11,466 bases of DNA, taken from the NCBI GenBank assembly GCA_037141995.1, contig JBAXBM010000050.1:1-11466 (forward strand), given 5' to 3'. Every line of letters starts with the position of its first letter. Positions within the stretch are counted from its first letter, which is position 1. The DNA is from Candidatus Omnitrophota bacterium (GTDB lineage: Bacteria; Omnitrophota; Gorgyraeia; Zapsychrales; Fredricksoniimonadaceae). Made by a program: the position numbers and the translations under genes. The notes beneath the pieces are model-generated. The model saw only the letters and a program-made list of their open reading frames with translations. It was not told the DNA's origin and searched no databases. This document shows, one piece after another, positions 1 through 7,050 of this stretch.

Positions 1-7
1 GTCTTCA

Positions 8-721
8 ATGTCTATTTTGATGATGATGAATATATTGGGTTTTATTCTTTGTACTATTGGGACTGTGATTTATTTCTTGGTGCGATGGTGGCATCTTAGA
101 AAACAAGGACGAGAATCCTCACGGGAGATTGGCTATTTTAATCTTATTGGCATTGCTTCTTTTATAGCCGGATTGAGTTTGTTTCTTTTCTGGTATTGTC
201 CTGTTTGCCACCTTGCGAGTGTCATTTTTACGTTAAACTTTAAGGGCATTGAGCTAGCATTTCTAAATTCCTGCATGATGTCCGGATTAGTATTCTTGAT
301 TTTTAAATTAAAATCACGATGGCGTTTTTTGCTAGTGATTCCTGTCGTTTTGATTGTTGCGTTATATTTTCTTCAAATGAAAAAGACATATGCTTTTGTC
401 AATATCTTTGAAAGCGCACGTTATGGAGGAATATCATCGGAGAAATTCTTTCAGCTATTGAAAGCTGATGGGCGTGGCTATGAGTGGATCCTTTACAGAA
501 GTCTTGCGAAGAACACGGGCTCTGATGCCAAGATATTGAGATTCTTGTTTGAACAAAAGAATTTTGATATTGATCGCCTTTTGTTTGACAATCCCAGCAC
601 GCCGGAAGATATCATGAACGAATTTTTCAAGGGCCAGTCGCAATACACATTAGCCATGCGATCAAGCCTGGATGACACTACGAAGAAGTATCTTATTTCC
701 CAGATGTTGTTGCGAAGGTGA
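8..721 (+). CDS. Hypothetical integral membrane protein. About 4 predicted TM helices in the N-terminal 125 aa, then a soluble ~110-aa C-terminal domain. May be 5'-truncated by the window edge, because the frame is open back to position 2.
   Basis: 237-aa ORF with strongly hydrophobic N-terminal segments (ILGFILCTIGTVIYFLV, IGIASFIAGLSLFLFWY, MMSGLVFLIF, FLLVIPVVLIVALYFL). Notably low GC (~37%) relative to the rest of the window. No family recognised. Confidence 0.45.
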   Translation: MSILMMMNILGFILCTIGTVIYFLVRWWHLRKQGRESSREIGYFNLIGIASFIAGLSLFLFWYCPVCHLASVIFTLNFKGIELAFLNSCMMSGLVFLIFKLKSRWRFLLVIPVVLIVALYFLQMKKTYAFVNIFESARYGGISSEKFFQLLKADGRGYEWILYRSLAKNTGSDAKILRFLFEQKNFDIDRLLFDNPSTPEDIMNEFFKGQSQYTLAMRSSLDDTTKKYLISQMLLRR

Positions 722-761
722 TGTAAGGTATTTTAAGAATCACATGGTTTATTGGCCGTAG

Positions 762-783
762 GGGCGGGCCCATGTGTCCGCCC
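762..783 (+). terminator. GC-rich hairpin (GGGCGGGC / loop CCATGT / GTCCGCCC) in the ORF1-ORF2 intergenic region, followed by an A6-TTTATTT tract. A weak candidate intrinsic terminator for the upstream gene.
   Basis: Seen in sequence: an 8-bp stem (one G-U pair) with a 6-nt loop. It is not followed by an uninterrupted T-run on either strand, so the terminator assignment is tentative. Confidence 0.25.
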
Positions 784-819
784 GAGAAAAAATTTATTTA
801 ATCCTATGTGAAAGATCAA

Positions 820-878
820 TATAATATTTGACAATACCGTCGTATGTGTTAAATTTGCTAATTAGGATTAGCAAATTT
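820..878 (+). promoter_or_regulatory. Candidate sigma-70 promoter for the AAA+ ATPase gene, with an overlapping palindromic operator. Exact TATAAT at 820..825 and TTGACA at 828..833. The operator at 851..878 is a perfect inverted repeat AAATTTGCTAAT-TAGG-ATTAGCAAATTT.
   Basis: Hexamers and the 12-bp/4-bp/12-bp perfect palindrome were read directly from the sequence. A related mini-palindrome TAAAT-TAGG-ATTTA lies at 914..927, just before the start codon at 934. Confidence 0.45.
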
Positions 879-933
879 GATAATCACAGTGAGCATATTT
901 ATTTATGACGGATTAAATTAGGATTTAGATACG

Positions 934-2130
934 ATGAATGTTACTTATTCGCATAGGGTTACAGAGATTCTTAGGAGCAGGCTTAAGGAGCCACGCAGGA
1001 CCATTCAAATTGTTCTTGGCCCACGGCAAGTGGGGAAATCAACCGCTGTTCGGGGGGTTCTAAAACAGCATGTTGGGCCGGTTGTTTATGCGTTAGCGGA
1101 TCAATCCATGCCACTAGGTTCAGAGTGGATCGCGCGTCATTGGGCTGAAGCGCGGTTGCAGGTTCAGAAAAATGAACGTGTGATCCTTGCGTTGGATGAA
1201 ATTCAGAAAGTCCCTGGTTGGACCAGTGATGTCAAGCGGCTTTGGGATGAAGATACATACAAAGAACGGGATATTCATGTTGTCCTGACGGGGTCTTCAG
1301 CGTTGACTTTGCAGAAAGGGCTTACGGAAAGTCTATTGGGGCGTTTTGAAGTGATCTGGATGCCGCATTGGTCTTTTGTAGAATGCCGGGATGCTTTCGG
1401 TTGGGGGCTTGAAGATTATTTCTTTTTCGGGGGATATCCTGGAGCAGTTGCTTATTGTCAGGATGAAGACCGTTGGCGTAATTATATGATGACGTCGATG
1501 ATCGAGCCGGTATTGACGCGTGATATCGCCCTGTTGACGACGGTACATAATCCCGCGCTATTGCGGAGATTATTGTTCCTGACGTGTGAATATGCTTCCC
1601 AGGAATTATCATACAGGAAAATCCAGGGAATATTTCAGGATGTCAGCAATACTGTGACGATCTCAGCCTATCAGCGAATGCTCGAACAGTCTTTCCTGAT
1701 AGCGGGTCTTCAGAAATGGTCGGGCGGTGCGCTTCAGAAACGAAATTCAAGCCCCAAGTGGCTGCCGTTGAACACCGGGCTTGTTACGGCTATTCAGAAT
1801 AAAAACAGAGCCGAGTTAAAGAATGATCCTGTATTCTTTGGTCGCCTCGTAGAAACGTCCATCGGGGCGCATCTTTTTAATCAGGCGATGCTTTTTAATT
1901 TTGAAGTTTATTATTGGCGTGACGGGAATATGGAGATTGACTTTATTTTCAGGAAAGGGAATAAACTGGTAGCCATTGAGGTGAAAAGTGGTTTGAATAG
2001 CGATACCAAGGCGTTTACAGTTTTTCTTAAGAAATATCCCGAGGCCAAAGTGATGCTTGTCGGAGGGCAAGGAATGCCTCTCGAAGAATTCCTAACAACA
2101 CCGATAAAAAGTTTTTTTGAGTCGATGTAG
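934..2130 (+). CDS. AAA+ superfamily ATPase of the COG1373 / DUF4143 family (predicted ATPase, function unknown).
   Basis: Walker A GPRQVGKST near the N-terminus and Walker B hhhhDE (VILALDEIQ). The C-terminal half has the typical DUF4143 pattern (YRKIQ..., ...TSIGAHLFNQ..., EIDFI...KLVAIEVKSG). Length 398 aa is typical for this family. Confidence 0.85.
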   Translation: MNVTYSHRVTEILRSRLKEPRRTIQIVLGPRQVGKSTAVRGVLKQHVGPVVYALADQSMPLGSEWIARHWAEARLQVQKNERVILALDEIQKVPGWTSDVKRLWDEDTYKERDIHVVLTGSSALTLQKGLTESLLGRFEVIWMPHWSFVECRDAFGWGLEDYFFFGGYPGAVAYCQDEDRWRNYMMTSMIEPVLTRDIALLTTVHNPALLRRLLFLTCEYASQELSYRKIQGIFQDVSNTVTISAYQRMLEQSFLIAGLQKWSGGALQKRNSSPKWLPLNTGLVTAIQNKNRAELKNDPVFFGRLVETSIGAHLFNQAMLFNFEVYYWRDGNMEIDFIFRKGNKLVAIEVKSGLNSDTKAFTVFLKKYPEAKVMLVGGQGMPLEEFLTTPIKSFFESM

Positions 2131-2171
2131 GGATAAAGCGAAGGGGCAGGCATGACCATCAAGGAGAAATC

Positions 2172-2990
2172 ATGAAAATCATTCATAATCTGGTGTACTT
2201 TTTTTTATCAATAGCCCTGGCACAGTTGTTAACGGGAATTTTCATCCCAGCCTGTATCATCCTTTCTATTTATCTTCGAATGAAGAAAGGGATATCTCTT
2301 AAGGAATTCTGGAAGCATGTCCCTAACATTTATGTTTCTATGATTTCGAGTATTTACCCGTTGGTATTTCTGGGATTTCCCGCCTTGCGCCTGATGGCCA
2401 AGAATGCCGGGAAAGGCTCAGGCGGAACGGCCCCTTTTATCATCGATACGGCGAAGCTTCAGCCCGGGGATGTGATCCTGACGGGCAAGGAGCGTACGGG
2501 TGCGATACAGCTGGCGAATATCCTGTCGGCGGGGATCGAGCATTGCCAGTGGACGCATGCGTGCATTTATATCGGTGATGAAAAGGTCATTGAGGCCCAG
2601 GCCAATGGCAAGGGTGTTATTCAGACCAATCTGCGCACATTTTACCTGGACCAGGGGTATCGCCTGAAAGTTTTAAGGCATAAGTTTCTGCCGGTAGACA
2701 AGATGTCCAAAGTGCTTGCCTATTGTGCCCAGGAGAAGGATAAGAATGCTTCTTACGATACCTGGGGCGTTTCCTTTTATGTCCTTGCCGCCATGATCCC
2801 GCCCATGTTCAGCGCCTGGCTTGACGGTGATTTCGCCGAGAAGTTCTTTGATGTCAGGGATGCTTACTTTTGCTCCGAACTTATTGCCGACGCTTTCAAA
2901 GCCGCTGACTGTGCCGTATTCGGCGAAAAAAGCTGGCGTGTTAAGCCTTTGGATTTCGCCTTTAATCCGGTGTTTCATGAGGTGGTGTGA
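2172..2990 (+). CDS. Membrane-anchored YiiX/DUF830-like permuted papain-fold protein of the NlpC/P60 superfamily. Putative amidase/acyltransferase-like enzyme with an N-terminal TM segment.
   Basis: Good RBS (AAGGAG 7 nt upstream). N-terminal hydrophobic helices. Catalytic-region motifs match the YiiX pattern: LQPGDVILT..., ...W THACIYIGD (His), and C-terminal YFCSELIADAFKAA (Cys in a CSEL context). This order (His before Cys) is diagnostic of the permuted papain fold. Confidence 0.55.
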   Translation: MKIIHNLVYFFLSIALAQLLTGIFIPACIILSIYLRMKKGISLKEFWKHVPNIYVSMISSIYPLVFLGFPALRLMAKNAGKGSGGTAPFIIDTAKLQPGDVILTGKERTGAIQLANILSAGIEHCQWTHACIYIGDEKVIEAQANGKGVIQTNLRTFYLDQGYRLKVLRHKFLPVDKMSKVLAYCAQEKDKNASYDTWGVSFYVLAAMIPPMFSAWLDGDFAEKFFDVRDAYFCSELIADAFKAADCAVFGEKSWRVKPLDFAFNPVFHEVV

Positions 2991-3003
2991 GGCGGTGGGG
3001 ATG

Positions 3004-3069
3004 AAATATTTTCATGGTTTTCTGCTTTTTTATGTGGCATACTTGTTTCTGGTGGGTTTTATCCAATAG
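3004..3069 (+). promoter_or_regulatory. Copy A of a ~66-bp conserved intergenic element, also found at 4752..4817. It ends 18 nt before the start codon of the SPFH gene. Contains TGGCATACTTGTTTC (sigma-54-like -24/-12 spacing; -12 element imperfect).
   Basis: About 85% nucleotide identity to copy B over 66 nt. The position relative to the downstream start codon is identical in both copies. Confidence 0.5.
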
Positions 3070-3086
3070 ACCAAAAGGACAGATAT

Positions 3087-4067
3087 ATGCAGAATGAACA
3101 GGGATTGATCTTTAAAGGGATATATGAGTTTGAAGATCCGCTTGGCGTTCTTGTTGCCGCTAAGGTTCCGTCGGTTGGTACCTTGGATCTTTATTCCGGG
3201 ACGGCTGTTTTGGTCAAGGCCAATCAGTGCGCGCTGTTTATTTATAACGGCAAGATCGCCGATATTTTGATGCAGGGCTTGCACGAGGTCAAGACCGAGA
3301 ATTTTCCGCTTTTAACGCGGCTGGCCAACTGGCAGTTTGGGTTTGAAAGTCCTCTCCGGTGTGAGGTATGGTTTTTTTCTGGCGCTGTTTACACCAACAG
3401 GCGCTGGGGAACGTCTCAGCCAGTGATCTGTGATTTTCCGGATCACGGGATAGTGCCGGTGAGGGCGTACGGGATCTTTAATGTGGTCATGCGTGATCCC
3501 AATAAATTTTTTATGACGTTGATCGGGACGCGCAATGCGTACGATATAACTGAACTTGAGGGTCTGGTTCAGGCTCAGATCACGGAAATTCTTCCTGCGG
3601 CCATGCATGTTGTCCCGTCACTTCAGGACTTAAACAAGTCACAGACGCTGGTGGCAAAAGAACTGCAGGGGTTGGTCAATAAAACGATCGAGCAATACGG
3701 CATTGAAATTGTGAGCCTGCAGGTGATCTCGATGATCCCGTCGAAAGAGATCATGGAGGCGCTCGATGCCAAGGCGTCCATGAACATCATCGGCAATAAA
3801 CAGGAATATCTGCTTTATAAGGCGGCCAACAGCTTGATCGGGAGTCATGAGGGTGGTCATGCGAAAGGTTCCAGTGATTCCATGCAGTTGATGATGGGGT
3901 TGATGCTCGGGAAAAGCCTCCTGGATGCCAAGGAAAAAGAGCACACCATGCTGCTGAAAACAGAAGAAGCGCCTCCGATGATTGAAACAAGGTCATGTTC
4001 AAAATGTAAAGCTGTTGTCAAAGCCAGCGACAAGTTTTGTGCGTCCTGCGGAACGGAGCTGAAATGA
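3087..4067 (+). CDS. SPFH (stomatin/prohibitin/flotillin/HflK-C)-domain protein of the COG4260 type with a C-terminal zinc ribbon (YdjI-like).
   Basis: RBS AAGGA 7 nt upstream. The N-terminal region matches the COG4260 signature (GLIFKG..., NQCALFIYNGKIADI, NWQFGFESPL, EVWFFSG..., RWGTSQPV, GIVPVRAYGIFNVVMRDPNKFF, LIGT). C-terminal CSKC-x14-CASC zinc ribbon. Confidence 0.8.
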   Translation: MQNEQGLIFKGIYEFEDPLGVLVAAKVPSVGTLDLYSGTAVLVKANQCALFIYNGKIADILMQGLHEVKTENFPLLTRLANWQFGFESPLRCEVWFFSGAVYTNRRWGTSQPVICDFPDHGIVPVRAYGIFNVVMRDPNKFFMTLIGTRNAYDITELEGLVQAQITEILPAAMHVVPSLQDLNKSQTLVAKELQGLVNKTIEQYGIEIVSLQVISMIPSKEIMEALDAKASMNIIGNKQEYLLYKAANSLIGSHEGGHAKGSSDSMQLMMGLMLGKSLLDAKEKEHTMLLKTEEAPPMIETRSCSKCKAVVKASDKFCASCGTELK

Positions 4068-4738
4068 ACTTTGATATCATATGCCCCAATTGTGGTGCGG
4101 CATCTTCCATTGTGGTGGGTGTTTGCCCGTATTGCAAGACGGTCTTGTCTATTAATTCTGAGAAAGGGGATCATTCTCTGTCGGCGGTGAAAGCAGCCCA
4201 TGAAGCCGGAAAAACGGACAGGTCTCTGTCACTGGTGACGGCACTTGAACAGGAAAAGCCGGAGCTGCTGGATAATATTGAATTTGTTTTGTTGTATACC
4301 AGAATTCTTTTTGAAGTGGATGGGCCTTCCAGCAAGATCAAGTCTTTGCTGACCAAAGCCCTGATCCTGGCGCCCGGTCATCCTGATGTGTTGGAATATC
4401 TGGAAGTGATCGAGGCCGAGTCCATGATGACCCGGGAGCCCAATGATGAAGGTGAACAGCGTCTCATGCGACTCATTCGCCGCTCGCCCAATAATGTTTA
4501 TGCGTTGTTTTTCCTCGGGAGTCATTTGTTTTGGGTTCAAGGAAACGGTGGTGCTGCCCTGAAGTATCTTGAGCCGTGCGTCAGGTTGCGCCCTAATTTT
4601 ATACGGGCCAAGGCCTGTTTGGCGATGATCTACAAGGAATTAAACAAGCCGGATATGGCTAAAAGATTTTTTGATGAGTGTGCCGCCAGCACATCGAGCA
4701 ATAGGACGAAGTCATTTTTCAAAAGGCTTACGGATTGA
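4064..4738 (+). CDS. Zinc-ribbon plus TPR-like helical-repeat protein, translationally coupled to the SPFH gene through an ATGA overlap.
   Basis: Start ATG at 4064 overlaps the upstream TGA stop (4065..4067); the ORF track shows a longer 4037 start that is less likely. N-terminus is CPNC-x13-CPYC. The remainder is alpha-helical repeat-like, with LLYTRILFEV, ALILAPGHPDVLEYLEVI, ALFFLGSHLFWVQG and ACLAMIYKELNKPDMAKRFF resembling TPR units. Confidence 0.65.
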   Translation: MNFDIICPNCGAASSIVVGVCPYCKTVLSINSEKGDHSLSAVKAAHEAGKTDRSLSLVTALEQEKPELLDNIEFVLLYTRILFEVDGPSSKIKSLLTKALILAPGHPDVLEYLEVIEAESMMTREPNDEGEQRLMRLIRRSPNNVYALFFLGSHLFWVQGNGGAALKYLEPCVRLRPNFIRAKACLAMIYKELNKPDMAKRFFDECAASTSSNRTKSFFKRLTD

Positions 4739-4751
4739 TGCTCTAGCGGCC

Positions 4752-4817
4752 AAAATATTTTTTGGTTTTTTGCCTTTCTATATGGCATACTTCTTTCGGG
4801 TGGATTTTATTCAATAG
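4752..4817 (+). promoter_or_regulatory. Copy B of the ~66-bp conserved intergenic element. It ends 18 nt before the start codon of the 703-aa secreted protein and contains TGGCATACTTCTTTC.
   Basis: Alignment to 3004..3069 shows one 1-nt indel plus scattered substitutions. Same spacing to the start codon. A Shine-Dalgarno-like AAGGGGG follows. Confidence 0.5.
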
Positions 4818-4834
4818 TCTTAAGGGGGTTAAAG

Positions 4835-6946
4835 ATGTTGGAAAAACTGTATTCATTTGCCGGATTCCGGAAATTGATTTGTTGGTTGATGGCTGTTGTT
4901 TTTTTGACGGGATCAGTGATGCCCTTATATGCGCAGGGTGTGGCCGGCCTTTCATCTTCCGGGATGATGAACGTAAGCCGGACATTCACGCCGCCGATTG
5001 TCAGGGGGATGACGATTGATCCCAAGGATCCGTTTGCTTTTAAGTTTCTGATGGACCGCGGGGATGACAAGGGGTTGTCCCTGGAGGCTCGGACGGCAGT
5101 TTATGAGAAGTTGATCAAATATTTCATGGCGTCATTGGCGGTGCCGGAAGAAGATGTCTGGGTCAACCTTTCTCCCTATGAAGGGGATCGTTTGATCGCA
5201 GATAATTTTGGCATGACCGTTATGGGGCGCGACCTTCTGGAAATGGATTATGCGTTAAAGCGTGTCACGGCATCGTTATTTCATCCTGATCAGGAGCCGG
5301 GGAAGGCGTTCTGGAAGAAGGTTTATCAGGCGGCCTATGAACGTTATGGGACAACGGATGTGCCGGTCGATACGTTCAACAAGGTCTGGATCGTTCCGAG
5401 TGAGGCAAAGGTTTATGAGGACGGCAATTCTGTTATTCTGGTGAAAAGCCATCTCAAGGTCATGCTGGAGCAGGATTATTTGGCGCAGAAAAAGAATGCC
5501 GCGGTACACCCCGATAACAAGAATGATAAAGATTCCCAGTTTTCCCGCGATATTGTGCGTGAAGTCATGATTCCTATTCTTGAAAAAGAAGTCAATGACG
5601 GCGAAAATTTTGCAGTGTTACGTCAGATCACCGCATCGCTGATCCTTGCCACCTGGTATAAGAAAGCCTGGAAAGATGTTTTGTTGAACCAGGGATATAC
5701 GGATCATTCCAAGGTCAAAGGCGTTGACCAGGATCCTGCTAATAACCAGATTATCTACAACCAATATGTGGAAGCATTCAAGCAGGGCGCTGTGAATCTG
5801 GTCCGTGAAGAATATGATACGTTATCGCAGGAAATGATGCCACGGAAATATTTCTCCGGCGGTTACGGCACAAAGATGACAACAGATGATGGGCAGACAA
5901 CGTCTTTACAGCAACGATTAGAAGAAGTATCTCAGTCGCCGATGTTGGATCCAAAGAAAACGGAGTTGGTGGCGGCGTCTTTGATGCCAACGGCAAGAAC
6001 AACAGTTGCCGGGTTATTCCGACCTGTTTCACGCTTGGCGCTTCTTATTGTGTTGTGGACAGGGGCTTTCTTTCAACCAACGACAGCGGCTTTAGCAGAA
6101 TATAGAAGTACACAAAGTTTTACATATACGAACGGTTCTAGAACTCAAAAAATGGAGTTGATTGTTACTGATCCTGGCGTTGTTGTGACAGATGTGTGGG
6201 ATACTCAATCAAAGATGCTACGTGATTTCACGGATACTGTAAATACAGTAATTATAATGTCTAGGAGTAATGAGTTAGGGGCCTTAGATACACTTGGGAA
6301 GCTTGAAGCAAGAGTCAAAGCAGGGAAGGCCTCAGAAGAGGCGATATTGAAGGGGTTGGTTCAAAAGCAATTTGTTGCTTTATTAATGAATGGGAAAAAG
6401 CCTGTTGATATATCTCCGTTTCTTCAAGCGTATACTGATTGTTTGCAAGAGATAGGGCGGGTACGAAAGACTATAGACAACAATAATAAGATACGGGCTT
6501 ATAATGAAGCTGTGGAGCAGAATAATGCTAAAGCACGAGAATTCAATAAAAATCAAGCGAAGTATTCCTCTGTTGTGAAGGGGTATGTTGAGATTTTTAA
6601 TAAGAAGCAACGTGACCCAGTAGAAATGAAAAAATTATCGGTAAGCATAGGTCAACTTCTTGCGCAACCAGATTTGCCTTCAAATTTCAGGGCAACTCTT
6701 CAGCAAATTAAAACATGGATAGATAAGGCGGAGAATGTAAAGAAACCAAAGCTTGTGACAGATAAGAATCTTGGTGGTATTGATTTGAATGCCAATTCTT
6801 TTAACCTTGAGGTTGAATCGCGTAAGGAAGCCAGGGGCTTGGTGTCTCCTGTTTTGGTTGATCTTGTTGCCCTTGAAGGCTTGAGCCCACGGATATTGTC
6901 CGTCACGTCCGCCAGTGAATATGTAAAGATGTTTTCAGGAAAGTAA
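4835..6946 (+). CDS. Large secreted or exported protein of unknown function (703 aa) with an N-terminal signal peptide. Possibly a fusion or two-domain protein with an internal hydrophobic signal-like segment near residues 384-420.
   Basis: Signal peptide MLEKLYSFAGFRKLICWLMAVVFLTGSVMPLYAQG. No recognisable catalytic motifs. GC falls from ~50% to ~40% after about nt 6040. Confidence 0.6.
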   Translation: MLEKLYSFAGFRKLICWLMAVVFLTGSVMPLYAQGVAGLSSSGMMNVSRTFTPPIVRGMTIDPKDPFAFKFLMDRGDDKGLSLEARTAVYEKLIKYFMASLAVPEEDVWVNLSPYEGDRLIADNFGMTVMGRDLLEMDYALKRVTASLFHPDQEPGKAFWKKVYQAAYERYGTTDVPVDTFNKVWIVPSEAKVYEDGNSVILVKSHLKVMLEQDYLAQKKNAAVHPDNKNDKDSQFSRDIVREVMIPILEKEVNDGENFAVLRQITASLILATWYKKAWKDVLLNQGYTDHSKVKGVDQDPANNQIIYNQYVEAFKQGAVNLVREEYDTLSQEMMPRKYFSGGYGTKMTTDDGQTTSLQQRLEEVSQSPMLDPKKTELVAASLMPTARTTVAGLFRPVSRLALLIVLWTGAFFQPTTAALAEYRSTQSFTYTNGSRTQKMELIVTDPGVVVTDVWDTQSKMLRDFTDTVNTVIIMSRSNELGALDTLGKLEARVKAGKASEEAILKGLVQKQFVALLMNGKKPVDISPFLQAYTDCLQEIGRVRKTIDNNNKIRAYNEAVEQNNAKAREFNKNQAKYSSVVKGYVEIFNKKQRDPVEMKKLSVSIGQLLAQPDLPSNFRATLQQIKTWIDKAENVKKPKLVTDKNLGGIDLNANSFNLEVESRKEARGLVSPVLVDLVALEGLSPRILSVTSASEYVKMFSGK

Positions 6947-7050
6947 TAGTGGCAGGGTATTGAATATTTCATCGACAAAATCACAATCAACCTTATAATG
7001 GCGCTGTTCAGGCGGGATTAATGGCTGGCGGCGCTATGAGAAAATCGTAG

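Noticed and set aside
3034-3049. A confident sigma-54 promoter call for TGGCATACTTGTTTC and its twin at 4783..4798.
   Set aside because: The -24 GG and the spacing fit, but the near-invariant -12 GC is TC in both copies. It is kept only as a hypothesis inside the shared-element finding, not as a separate annotated promoter.
3001-3069. A 22-codon hydrophobic micro-ORF (MKYFHGFLLFYVAYLFLVGFIQ) with a GAGG-like RBS, lying inside copy A of the 66-bp conserved element. It might be a leader peptide or a small membrane peptide.
   Set aside because: Copy B (4752..4817) has a 1-nt indel relative to copy A that destroys the frame. It also lacks the ATG, so only an 11-codon remnant from 4782 remains. 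Conservation is therefore at the nucleotide level, not the peptide level, and the element is better explained as promoter or regulatory DNA. It cannot be fully excluded for copy A alone.
4037-4063. Upstream start (4037) for the Zn-ribbon/TPR gene, giving a 27-nt overlap with the SPFH gene.
   Set aside because: The ATG at 4064 forms a canonical ATGA stop-start overlap and places the first CxxC a few residues from the N-terminus. The longer start adds only MCVLRNGAE with no RBS.
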